A stretch of DNA of 64,000 nucleotides from an uncultured Pseudomonadota bacterium (GCA_964651435.1 CAZYVU010000003.1:51269-115268), one strand, 5' to 3'; numbered from the stretch's first letter, positions 20,219 to 29,223 are shown. A program made the numbers and translations. Notes: a model not told the origin generated them from the sequence alone.

Positions 20219-20303
20219 ACTGTACCCCAGTACCCCACAGGCTGTCAATCTGCGGTCGGCATCTCGTTTCTTGTTGACAGTTCATCGCCATTTGTATGAG
20301 AAT
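20219..20303. promoter_or_regulatory. Back-to-back sigma70 promoters (gntR leftward, TRAP rightward)
   Basis: Minus: TTGACA (20248-20243)-N18-TACAGT; plus: TTGACA (20274-20279)-N18-GAGAAT. Confidence 0.5.
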
Positions 20304-20337
20304 CAATATCAAAATTCACCCGAAGGGGGACAGAGCC

Positions 20338-21345
20338 ATGAAAAAGATCGGACTGGGCCTTTGTTTGCTTGCAGCATGTTTTCTGTGTCTTTCCGCCGTT
20401 GCCGAGGCAAAGATAATCGTCAAATATGGCCACGTGGGCCCGCCGGTTCATCCGCAGCACCTGGGTGCCCTTGCCTTCGCCAAGTACGTAAACGATAGGG
20501 CGAAGGGTGAGATTGAGGTGCAGGTTTTTCCCATGGGGCAGTTGGGCGGAGAGCGTTCCATGACGGAACAGGTCCAGGCGGGAAACCTACAGATGACGGC
20601 AGTGACGGCCGGCGTGCTGGCCAACTTTGTGCCGGAGATGGGGATCATCGAGATGCCCTTCATCTATCCCAACCGGGAGACGGCCTATCGCACGCTGGAC
20701 GACAAAGAGGTAAAGGAGCGCTTCGCCAAGTATTGCGACCCCAAGGGGTTTGTTTTTATCGGTTACACGGAGAACGAGTTCAGGGACATGACGAACTCGA
20801 AGCGGCCCATCAAGAGGCCGGAGGATCTCAAGGGCCTCAAGATCCGCGTGGTGGAAAGCCCCGTTTTCATTGATACCTTCAAAGCCCTCGGCGCCAACCC
20901 GACGCCCCTTCCCTTCCCTGAAATCTACAATGCGCTTCAGCAGAAGGTGATCGACGGCCAGGATAACCCTCTTTTTACCTCCATCCTGATGAAGTTCACG
21001 GAGGTAAACAAGTATGCGACCGTTACAAACCACATTCTCACGGAATGCCCCGTGGTGGTGAACAAAAAGTTCTGGAACTCCCTCACCCCGGAGCAGCAGA
21101 AGCTCTTCCGCGAAGCGGCGGACGTGCAGATAAAGACGAACAGGGAAGGAAACGCCAAGGGCAGGGCTGAGGCCATCGAGAAGGCCAAGGCACAGAAGAT
21201 CGACCTCTACATCCTTACCGATGCCGACCGTGCTGCTTTTAAGACGGCGGTAAAGCCGGTTCTGGACAAGTACAGGGGTGTTTACGGTGCCGAATGGTTC
21301 GACTTCTTTATGAAAAAGATCGACTTCTATTCGAAGAAGAAGTGA
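20338..21345 (+). CDS. dctP: TRAP transporter substrate-binding protein DctP
   Basis: QLGGE, DLKGLKIRV (conserved Arg), EIYNALQQKVIDGQDNP; start ATG 20338. Confidence 0.93.
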   Translation: MKKIGLGLCLLAACFLCLSAVAEAKIIVKYGHVGPPVHPQHLGALAFAKYVNDRAKGEIEVQVFPMGQLGGERSMTEQVQAGNLQMTAVTAGVLANFVPEMGIIEMPFIYPNRETAYRTLDDKEVKERFAKYCDPKGFVFIGYTENEFRDMTNSKRPIKRPEDLKGLKIRVVESPVFIDTFKALGANPTPLPFPEIYNALQQKVIDGQDNPLFTSILMKFTEVNKYATVTNHILTECPVVVNKKFWNSLTPEQQKLFREAADVQIKTNREGNAKGRAEAIEKAKAQKIDLYILTDADRAAFKTAVKPVLDKYRGVYGAEWFDFFMKKIDFYSKKK

Positions 21346-21365
21346 TCCCATAGAATAAAAACAGC

Positions 21366-21416
21366 GCCCCGGGCGCCGCACATATACCGGTTGCGACCTA
21401 TGTCCGGCGCAGGGGC
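21366..21416. other. GC-rich intercistronic stem-loop between dctP and dctQ
   Basis: gcccc/ggggc, gcgccg/cggcgc and acata/tatgt nested arms. Confidence 0.65.
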
Positions 21417-21434
21417 CCAAAGATCGACAAACGC

Positions 21435-21941
21435 ATGGACAATCTGATTCGCAAGCTTAACAAGGTGGAGGAAGGATGCCTCGCCTTTGCCCTCCTGGGC
21501 ATTGCCATCTTTACCTTCGTGGAGACGGGACTCCGTTACACCATCTCGTACACCTTCACGTGGTTTAACGAGCTTGCCAACTATACCATGATCTTCTGTA
21601 CCTACCTCGGCGCGTCGATAGGCGTCAAGTACGGTGCCCACTTCTCCATGGAGGCCGTGACGGAGTATGCCCCCGACCGGGCAAGCCATCTGCTGAAGGC
21701 AGCGGCCTACGCGGTTTCAGGCATCATGGCCGTCCTCTTTGTCTGGTTCGGCACGAAACACCTCATTCACCTGAAGACTTTCAACGTGACCAGTTCGGCC
21801 ATGCAGATACCCATGTTCATCCCCTATATTCCCATTCCGCTTTTCTCCATCACCATGGCCTTCAGGTTCTTTGTCTTGTCGCATCGGCATTTCAGAAGCT
21901 TTCTGAAAAGAGAGCCCTTTGAAAGGGTTAGGAAGAGATAG
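21435..21941 (+). CDS. dctQ: TRAP transporter small permease DctQ
   Basis: 4 TM helices, WFNELANY, GAHFSME; between dctP and dctM. Confidence 0.9.
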   Translation: MDNLIRKLNKVEEGCLAFALLGIAIFTFVETGLRYTISYTFTWFNELANYTMIFCTYLGASIGVKYGAHFSMEAVTEYAPDRASHLLKAAAYAVSGIMAVLFVWFGTKHLIHLKTFNVTSSAMQIPMFIPYIPIPLFSITMAFRFFVLSHRHFRSFLKREPFERVRKR

Positions 21942-21944
21942 GCC

Positions 21945-23228
21945 ATGAGCCTCACCATCATCCTTGTCTGTTTCTTCGCCATGCTTGCCCTGAGCATGCC
22001 TATTTCCCTGGTGCTGGCCGGGACGACGGCCATCTACCTCCTTTTTATTGCCCAGACGCCACTGACGTCTCTTATCCAGCAGCTTTTCAACGGCCTCGAC
22101 AATTTTGTGCTCCTCGGTGTCCCCTTCTTTATCCTCGCCGGAAACATTATGGCCGAGGGGGCCATATCGGATCGCCTCGTCAACGTGATGAAGCTTTTCG
22201 TGGGGCGGTTCACCGGCGGGCTCGCCATGGCCTCCGTCATGGCATGCATGTTTTTTGCGGCTATTTCGGGCTCTTCGCCCGCCACCGTCATTGCCATCGG
22301 GAGTATCATGATGCCGGCTCTGATCAGGGAGGGCTACGGGGACCGGTTTTCCGTCGGCCTTCTTACCTCGGCAGGATCGCTGGGGATTCTCATACCCCCA
22401 AGCATTCCCATGATTCTCTATGCCCTCGTCATGAACGTCTCGGTGGCTGAGATATTCATGGCCGGATTCCTGCCGGGCCTCTTTATCGGCACCTGTCTCA
22501 TGAGCTACTCCTATTTCATGGCGCGGAAACACGAATGGCGCTCCAAAACGAGATACACCGTAAAGGAGGGTGTCAAGATCCTGCGTGATGGGCTGTGGGC
22601 CCTTTTCCTTCCGGTGCTGGTCCTCGGCGGTATTTACGGAGGGGTCTTTACGCCGACGGAGGCGGCGGCCGTTTCCGTCGTTTATGCCCTGATTGTTGAA
22701 CTGTTTATTTATAAGGAGCTGAAGTTCTCGAAGCTCTTCTCCATCTGCCGCGATTCGGCCATCCTTTCGGCGTGCCTTCTGTTCATTCTTTCCTGCGCCA
22801 TGAGCTTCATCTGGCTCCTCACCGTCGAGCAGATACCGGTCAGGCTTGCCGAGGCCATCGTGTCCAACATCCACAACAAGTGGCTCTTTCTTCTGGCAAT
22901 CAACGGGGCGCTCCTCCTTATCGGCGCCCTTATGGACATCGTGACCGCCATCATCGTCATATCGCCCATCCTGTCCGAAACGCTCTCCCGCTACGATATA
23001 GACCTTGTTCATTACGGCATTATCATGATTATAAACATAGAATGCGGATTCCTCACACCCCCCTTCGGCCTCAACCTCTTCGTGTCTATGGCGATCATGA
23101 GGAAGTCCCTCGTTGACATAGGCAGGTCCATACTGCCGTTCATGCTGCTGTTCCTTGCCTGCCTGCTCGTTATCACATTCGTACCGTGGATTTCCACATT
23201 TCTCCCTGACATACTTTTAAAAAGGTAG
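21945..23228 (+). CDS. dctM: TRAP transporter large permease DctM
   Basis: VPFFILAG, ISGSSPAT, LIPPSIPM, TPTEAA, TPPFGLNLF. Confidence 0.95.
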   Translation: MSLTIILVCFFAMLALSMPISLVLAGTTAIYLLFIAQTPLTSLIQQLFNGLDNFVLLGVPFFILAGNIMAEGAISDRLVNVMKLFVGRFTGGLAMASVMACMFFAAISGSSPATVIAIGSIMMPALIREGYGDRFSVGLLTSAGSLGILIPPSIPMILYALVMNVSVAEIFMAGFLPGLFIGTCLMSYSYFMARKHEWRSKTRYTVKEGVKILRDGLWALFLPVLVLGGIYGGVFTPTEAAAVSVVYALIVELFIYKELKFSKLFSICRDSAILSACLLFILSCAMSFIWLLTVEQIPVRLAEAIVSNIHNKWLFLLAINGALLLIGALMDIVTAIIVISPILSETLSRYDIDLVHYGIIMIINIECGFLTPPFGLNLFVSMAIMRKSLVDIGRSILPFMLLFLACLLVITFVPWISTFLPDILLKR

Positions 23229-23238
23229 GGCAGATCAT

Positions 23239-24462
23239 ATGAAAATCAGCATGAAACATGATCTCTGGAACGAGAACTATGACCTCGAGCTCGACCTACC
23301 CGGACGCTGGGATGTGGAGGTCCTCCATATGGGGGGGTGTCGGAAAAGGGCGCTCACGCCGGAACGATACCGGCGGGCCCTGGCGCCCCTCGGCCCGATG
23401 CTGAAGGGGGCGAGGGAGGTTTGCGTCCTCTTCGACGACCTTTCGCGGCCCACCCGGACCTCTCAGATTCTCCCGTACCTGTGGGAGGTTTGCGAGCAGA
23501 GCGGCCTGAGAGACGAACAGGTGAGGCTTATCTGCGCCCTTGGAACGCATGCGCCCCATGACAACGCGGCCTTTCGAAAGAAGGTGGGGGCCGAAACGCT
23601 GGAGCGGTTCCCGGTTTACAATCACAATCCCTACGAAAACTGCGATTTCCTGGGCAAGACGGCCCTCGGCACCCCCATTATGGTCAACAGGGAGTATCTC
23701 GCCTGTGATGTCCGGATCGCCATTGGGTCCTTTATACCCCACTCCTTCTGCGGTTTTGGCGGCGGCTACAAGATCATTATGCCCGCCGTCAGCCATATCG
23801 ACGCCATAACCTACCATCACGGTACGCTCCTGAAGCGGTACTGGGATCAGGCCTACGTCATGGGGAAGTCTGAAGGCAACCCTCTCCTCGACGATTTGAT
23901 CGAATACGGTAACATGGTGGGGCTTAATGCGAAGATCGATGTGCTCGTCAACGAAGAGGCCGAACACGTGGACATCTTTGCCGGCAGGCCCGATGAGCTT
24001 TACGCATATTATAGGGAACGGGCCCTAAGGCATTACGCCACGGCGTCCCGGGGCTTGGCCGACGTGGTCTTCGTCAACGCCTACGCCAAGGCAAACGAGG
24101 CAGTGATCGGCCTCTCCCTGGCTGAACAACTGGTCAAGGAAGAGGGGGGCTCGATCGTTGTCCTGTGCAACATACCGGGCGGTCAGGTGGTCCACTACCT
24201 GTTGGGCCGTTTCGGCAAGGAAACGTGGGGACGTCTCGCCTTCGGGCCCCGGGAGAATGCGAAGCGGGTGAAAAGAATCTTTCTCTACTCGGGCTGGAGG
24301 GACCGCGCCAACGAATGGTGGTTCGGCGGAAGCGACGCCGTCGTTTGTTCGGGAGACCTAAAGGCTATTGTCGGGGCTATCGACGCCGAGTACGGGGCGG
24401 CACCGGTGCGCGCTTTTGTGATCCCCGACGGGACCGTTCAAATGCTGTCACGGCCGCAATAG
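23239..24462 (+). CDS. LarA-family (lactate racemase-like, nickel-pincer nucleotide dependent) protein
   Basis: DDLSRP, LGTH, VYNHNP, PHSFCGFGGGYK, AITYHH match LarA active-site motifs. Confidence 0.85.
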   Translation: MKISMKHDLWNENYDLELDLPGRWDVEVLHMGGCRKRALTPERYRRALAPLGPMLKGAREVCVLFDDLSRPTRTSQILPYLWEVCEQSGLRDEQVRLICALGTHAPHDNAAFRKKVGAETLERFPVYNHNPYENCDFLGKTALGTPIMVNREYLACDVRIAIGSFIPHSFCGFGGGYKIIMPAVSHIDAITYHHGTLLKRYWDQAYVMGKSEGNPLLDDLIEYGNMVGLNAKIDVLVNEEAEHVDIFAGRPDELYAYYRERALRHYATASRGLADVVFVNAYAKANEAVIGLSLAEQLVKEEGGSIVVLCNIPGGQVVHYLLGRFGKETWGRLAFGPRENAKRVKRIFLYSGWRDRANEWWFGGSDAVVCSGDLKAIVGAIDAEYGAAPVRAFVIPDGTVQMLSRPQ

Positions 24463-25945
24463 TGCAGATGAAGGCCAGGCAGACGAGAATGACAAAATAA
24501 TCGCCGAAGCGGACGTAAAACGTCTGCCCCTGCTTGACGCCGAACCTGCCCAAGAGAACGGCGTCCACAAAAATGTCCGTTCGGTTCGTTATCTCCCCTT
24601 TGGAATTGATCACAGCCGAGACACCCGTATTGGCTGCCCGGACGACGTAGCGGTCCGTCTCGATGGCCCGAAAGACATAGGCGGCCAGGTGCTGGTACGG
24701 TGCCGAGGTTGTGCCGAACCAGGCGTCGTTGGTAATGTTGACGAGAAAGCCTGCCCCGCTCCTCACCGTTTCGTTCGTTTCGGCAGGAAACATGCCTTCG
24801 TAGCAGATAAGGATTCCGGCGGGGCCCAGGCTCGTCGGCACCGGTCCGTGGGAGGCGCCCCGCAGGAAACCGCTGCCGGCAACGCTCATGCTTTCCAGAA
24901 AAGGGATGTAGCTGCTTAAGGGTGTGAATTCCCCAAAGGGCACCAGATGAACCTTGTTGTACTGACCAGCGACGACACCTGTTTTGGCGGTCACAAAGGC
25001 CGAGTTGTAGGCGCCCCCGTCCTTTCCTTTCGACACGGCCCCGAACATGATATCTGCCCCCGTCCTTGCGGCGAGGTCCGCCATGGCCCGCCCCACCGGT
25101 CCGTCGCCGTCGAATATGAAGGGCAGTGCCGTCTCAGGCCAGACGACAAGGTCTGCCCCCTTGCCCTTTGTTTCCGTGGCAGCTACGTACTTTTCCAAAG
25201 ACCGGGACATTGCCTCGGCCGTCCATTTGAGGTTCTGGGGTACGTTGCCCTGTACAAGGGCGACCCTGTGGTCCGGGGTTTCAGGCCGCGCCATTACCGT
25301 AAAGCCATAGAGCAGAGAGCCGATCATAAGAAGGCCCACGGAGGCAACGTAGGCCCAATGGATCCGTTTCCTCGAAAGGAGGTGGTAGAGGACGGTGTTT
25401 ACGGCGACGATGAGAAAGGAGATAAAATAGCTACCCGTAAAGGAGACTATCTGGATAAAGGGAAGAAAGGCGTGCTGCGAATGGGCGAGGAGGCTCCAGG
25501 GAAAGCCCGTCAGCAGGAAACCGCGCAGATACTCGAGGATGATCCATGCCATGGGCGCCGTCACATAGAGCGGTATTCCATGCCTGCGTTCGACAAAGCG
25601 CAGGAGAAAGGCAAAGACCCCTGTGTAGCAGGACAGATAGAGGGCCAGAAGGAGCAGGATAAGGAGGCTCAGGGGAAGGGGGATGCCTCCGTACCGGTTC
25701 ATCGCCACGGTGACCCAGTAGATGAGGCCCAAGTATGATGCAAGGCCTGCAAGAAAACCCCTCAGGAAGGCCGCGCGGGGCGTGAGGCCTTCAACGGCGA
25801 AGAAGAGGGGAACCAGGGCCGCGAAGGCGAGAAAGGACATGGAAAAGGGCGGTTGGCTGACGACAAGAAGAAGCCCCGAGAGGAGGGGAAGGCCTATCGT
25901 AAACGGTAAACGGTGAACGGTAAATGGTGAGTTACGGCTCATCAA
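24377..25945 (-). CDS. lnt: Apolipoprotein N-acyltransferase
   Basis: Catalytic triad motifs WPETA, YNKVHLVPFGE, ICYEG; TNDAWFG, RAANTGVS; start TTG 25945 or ATG 25942 after AAGGAG. Confidence 0.95.
   Translation of the reverse strand: MMSRNSPFTVHRLPFTIGLPLLSGLLLVVSQPPFSMSFLAFAALVPLFFAVEGLTPRAAFLRGFLAGLASYLGLIYWVTVAMNRYGGIPLPLSLLILLLLALYLSCYTGVFAFLLRFVERRHGIPLYVTAPMAWIILEYLRGFLLTGFPWSLLAHSQHAFLPFIQIVSFTGSYFISFLIVAVNTVLYHLLSRKRIHWAYVASVGLLMIGSLLYGFTVMARPETPDHRVALVQGNVPQNLKWTAEAMSRSLEKYVAATETKGKGADLVVWPETALPFIFDGDGPVGRAMADLAARTGADIMFGAVSKGKDGGAYNSAFVTAKTGVVAGQYNKVHLVPFGEFTPLSSYIPFLESMSVAGSGFLRGASHGPVPTSLGPAGILICYEGMFPAETNETVRSGAGFLVNITNDAWFGTTSAPYQHLAAYVFRAIETDRYVVRAANTGVSAVINSKGEITNRTDIFVDAVLLGRFGVKQGQTFYVRFGDYFVILVCLAFICTIAAVTAFERSRRGSQKRAPVPPRTRRR
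25900..25927 (+). repeat. Tandem heptamer array (TRAAYGG x4) within the lnt 5' end
   Basis: taaacgg taaacgg tgaacgg taaatgg. Confidence 0.88.
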
Positions 25946-26130
25946 GCGTCAGCACTCCTTTCTCCGTTTTGCTCGAAGAACGGCCTTCGGCCTTGACGAG
26001 CGTTCTTGCGAACTTGACGAGGGGCCACTCCGTGGCCTTGAGGCCTTATGCGTACAGCGAAGCGCTCATCAAGTCCCGCCGATGCGGGACGTTCCTCAAA
26101 CGCAGTGCTCATCAAGCGTCAGCGCTCCTT
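25937..26130. repeat. 24-bp direct repeats (1 mismatch) flanking a hairpin-rich insert; possible MITE/REP insertion
   Basis: gctcatcaagcgtcagc(a/g)ctcctt at 25937-25960 and 26107-26130; internal hairpins ggccac/gtggcc and gtcccgc/gcgggac. Confidence 0.75.
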
Positions 26131-26579
26131 ATCTCAACCAGTTTTCCGTAGATCGGGTGTGCCCTGACCTTGGCCATCAGTTTCTGCTCGCGGTAGCGCA
26201 TCCTCCTGGCCTCCGCGGCCCCTGCTTCGTGGTCGAAGCCGGCTATATGGACCATGCCGTGAACGATGAGCGCCAGGAGCCTGTCGTAAAAGGGGAATCC
26301 GGAGTCTTCCGCCTCCTCGGCAGCCCGTTCAACGGATATGATGATATCCCCCAGGACTTCGCCCTCGGCACAGGCGCCGTAGCCGAAGGAGATGACATTC
26401 GTCGGCCTGTTCCTGTCAAAGTATTGTTTGTTTATTTGGGTGATGCGCCTGTTGCTGACCAGCAGCAGGCTAAGGTCTCCGGCGCCCAGCGAGAGGCTGC
26501 CGATGACATCACCGACGATGTGGGCGAGGGCGGTTGCATCAACCCTGCGCTGTTTTTGGGAGTTTTTTATCAGTACCAT
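26112..26579 (-). CDS. ybeY: rRNA maturation endoribonuclease YbeY
   Basis: NKQYFDRNRPTNVISF, LGDIIIS, HGMVHIAGFDH (H-x3-H-x5-H). Confidence 0.93.
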   Translation of the reverse strand: MVLIKNSQKQRRVDATALAHIVGDVIGSLSLGAGDLSLLLVSNRRITQINKQYFDRNRPTNVISFGYGACAEGEVLGDIIISVERAAEEAEDSGFPFYDRLLALIVHGMVHIAGFDHEAGAAEARRMRYREQKLMAKVRAHPIYGKLVEIRSADA

Positions 26580-28191
26580 TGGGGGCCGCCGTTATTTTTT
26601 CCGGGTATTCGATGCGATGGTGGAAGATGCCCAGAAGTATGTTGGTAAAACTCTTCTCTATGCCATAGAGGTCTTTCATCGTCAGCTCGCACTCATCGAG
26701 CTGTCCGTCCACGAAGATGCGCTCTATGATCTGCTGCACGTGCGACTCGATACGTTTCGGCGTGGGATCCTCAAGGGTCCGCGATGCCGCTTCCACGGCG
26801 TCGGCCAGCATGACGATACCCGCTTCCTTGGTCTGTGGCTTAGGGCCCGCGTACCGGAAGTCCTTTTCCTCGATAATATGCAGGGTAGGGTCTTCCCGCT
26901 CTTTGGCCCTGCTGTAAAAGTAACTGACGAGGCTCGTGCCGTGATGCTGGCGGACGATATCCTCCAGTTTGGTGCCGAGCCGGAAGCGTGCGGCAAGCTC
27001 CGTGCCCTCCTTGACGTGGGAGTGAATGATGAGGGCGCTCATGCTCGGTGAAAGGGCCTTGTGGGCATCCTCGAACCCCTTCCGGTTTTCGATAAAATAG
27101 TGGGGCATCTTCAGCTTGCCCACATCGTGGTAGTACGCTGCCACCCTTGCCAGCAGAGGGTTTGCGCCTATCCGCTCCGCTGCCGCCTTGGACAGGTTTC
27201 CCACCACGATGCTGTGGTGGTAGGTCCCCGGCGCATTGATCATCATTTCTTCGAGGAGCGGGTGCTCGAGATCGGCAAGTTCGAGAAGCCGTATATCCGT
27301 CGTGTAGTCAAAAAGATACTCGACGACGGGCAATAACCCCATGGCGATGAAGCTGCTCAGGATTCCAGCGATGAGGACGAAAGAAAGCCTCAGGGGAATG
27401 CCGGACAGGGAATCACCGGTGAAGACGTTGAGCAGAAAGGTGACGAGGCACATGATGAGTGAGGTGAGGAGGCCCGCCCTGAGAATCATGTTGCGGCGTT
27501 CGCATTTCCCGGAGAAGTATGCTGCGCAAATGTTCCCCAGGAAAAAGTAGAGTACCATAGAGATGGTGTTTTCGAGAACAAATGAGACGGACAGGGCGAA
27601 GAGAACGACGAGAATGATGGCCGCCTCGGAAAAAAGAACGATCCTAAGAACCATGCCGAAAAAGAAGAGTGGAACGATATACAGGATATTTCCAGCGTAC
27701 TGAGGGGCGAACTGCTCGAAGACCGTTGTAGAGAGCCGCAAAAGCAGAACGGAAAAGACCGAAAGAGATGTGACGAAGAGGAGGTCCTTCTGGGAGAGAG
27801 AAAACTTCTTGATGTTCCGGTTCGCAAACTCGATGAGGATGGTTGTGGCGATGAAGAGGAGGAAGACGAGGGAGAGGAACTTTGTGATGGGCAGAAAATG
27901 CTGGCCCAACAGCCCCTTAAGTGCCGAGAGCCTCCGAAGGTGTTCCGCATTGATCCGTTCGCCTTCGCGGACGATTACCTCGCCGCGCTTGATTGTTATA
28001 TCGGCCTCCGGCGAGTACACATCCTCCGTAGCCCTCACGGTGGAACGGACCACTTCCCCCAGGCCATATTCGTCAAACCAGAATGGATTCTGGATGGAAA
28101 TGATAAGAGAGACGACAAGGGAGAAGAGAAAAAATACGAGAAGCCTCTTAAGATCGGGGTACGAGGGAGGTTTATCTTTTCCGTTCTGCAT
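26539..28191 (-). CDS. 7TM-HDIG phosphohydrolase (PgpH/YqfF-like) with a very short ectodomain
   Basis: APGTYHHS, YYHDVGK, HVKEG, QHHGT, MLADAVEAASR; conserved phoH-HD-ybeY order; start ATG 28191. Confidence 0.9.
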   Translation of the reverse strand: MQNGKDKPPSYPDLKRLLVFFLFSLVVSLIISIQNPFWFDEYGLGEVVRSTVRATEDVYSPEADITIKRGEVIVREGERINAEHLRRLSALKGLLGQHFLPITKFLSLVFLLFIATTILIEFANRNIKKFSLSQKDLLFVTSLSVFSVLLLRLSTTVFEQFAPQYAGNILYIVPLFFFGMVLRIVLFSEAAIILVVLFALSVSFVLENTISMVLYFFLGNICAAYFSGKCERRNMILRAGLLTSLIMCLVTFLLNVFTGDSLSGIPLRLSFVLIAGILSSFIAMGLLPVVEYLFDYTTDIRLLELADLEHPLLEEMMINAPGTYHHSIVVGNLSKAAAERIGANPLLARVAAYYHDVGKLKMPHYFIENRKGFEDAHKALSPSMSALIIHSHVKEGTELAARFRLGTKLEDIVRQHHGTSLVSYFYSRAKEREDPTLHIIEEKDFRYAGPKPQTKEAGIVMLADAVEAASRTLEDPTPKRIESHVQQIIERIFVDGQLDECELTMKDLYGIEKSFTNILLGIFHHRIEYPEKITAAPNGTDKKLPKTAQG

Positions 28192-29173
28192 CGGCGGGTT
28201 CCCGCTGAGGTTTTTCCTTGGACTCGTATGCCCGTATGATCTTTTGAACGAGAGGATGCCTGACCACATCCTTCTCGGAAAAATAGACGAATTGGATGCC
28301 CTTGATGCCCTTAAGAATGGTCTGTATCTCTACGAGACCGCTTGCCTTCTTGTCGGGTAAATCGATCTGTGTGATGTCTCCCGTAATGACCGTTTTCGAC
28401 GAAAACCCGAGCCGCGTGAGAAACATCTTCATCTGTTCGGAGGCCGTGTTCTGGGCCTCGTCGAGAATGACAAAGGCGTCGTTCAGCGTCCGCCCCCTCA
28501 TGAAGGCCAGAGGGGCGATCTCGATCACATTTCTCTCGATGAGGCGGGTGGCCCGTTCGATGTCGAGCATGTCGTAGAGGGCATCGTAGAGCGGCCTGAG
28601 GTAGGGGTTCACCTTTTCGTACATCGTGCCCGGCAGATAGCCCAGCTTTTCTCCCGCCTCGATGGCCGGCCTCGCCAGTATAATACGGGAAACCTCTTTC
28701 CGGTAGTATGCCGAAAGTGCCATGGCCATGGCCAAATAGGTCTTACCTGTGCCGGCCGGGCCCACCCCGATGACCATATCGTATTTACCGATGGCCTCGA
28801 CGTATCGGGTCTGGTTTCGCCCCTTCGGCACGATTACCTTTCGGGAAGGGAATATCTGGATCTGATGGCCGCCCGTTGCGCCTTCAGTGCCCTCGGAGTG
28901 GGCGAGAAAGCGTACCGCATGGTCGATGTCGCTCGGGTTAATGGAAAAACCCTTCATCACCATGCCCTTGAGCTCGTCGATGACCTTTCCGGTGCTCTCC
29001 AGGTCTTTCTTGCCGCCGACGACGGTCAGGTGATTTCCCCTGACGCTTGCCCTTATGTTGAAGTACTTTTTGAGATGTTTGATGTTTTCTTCGCGGGGCC
29101 CGAATATGTTGCGGGCCACGTTGATATCATCAAAGGAGAGCCTTAAAAGGCTCTCTTCGGTCTGTTCGGCCAA
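28172..29173 (-). CDS. phoH: PhoH-family ATPase
   Basis: GPAGTGKTYLA, RPAIEAGEKLGYLPG, LAFMRGRTL, DEAQN, VVRHPLV. Confidence 0.95.
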   Translation of the reverse strand: MAEQTEESLLRLSFDDINVARNIFGPREENIKHLKKYFNIRASVRGNHLTVVGGKKDLESTGKVIDELKGMVMKGFSINPSDIDHAVRFLAHSEGTEGATGGHQIQIFPSRKVIVPKGRNQTRYVEAIGKYDMVIGVGPAGTGKTYLAMAMALSAYYRKEVSRIILARPAIEAGEKLGYLPGTMYEKVNPYLRPLYDALYDMLDIERATRLIERNVIEIAPLAFMRGRTLNDAFVILDEAQNTASEQMKMFLTRLGFSSKTVITGDITQIDLPDKKASGLVEIQTILKGIKGIQFVYFSEKDVVRHPLVQKIIRAYESKEKPQREPADAERKR

Positions 29174-29223
29174 AAAGGTGTCCGATCCTCCTCAGTTAAG
29201 AAATTGCTCCCTGCTCTGCGGAG

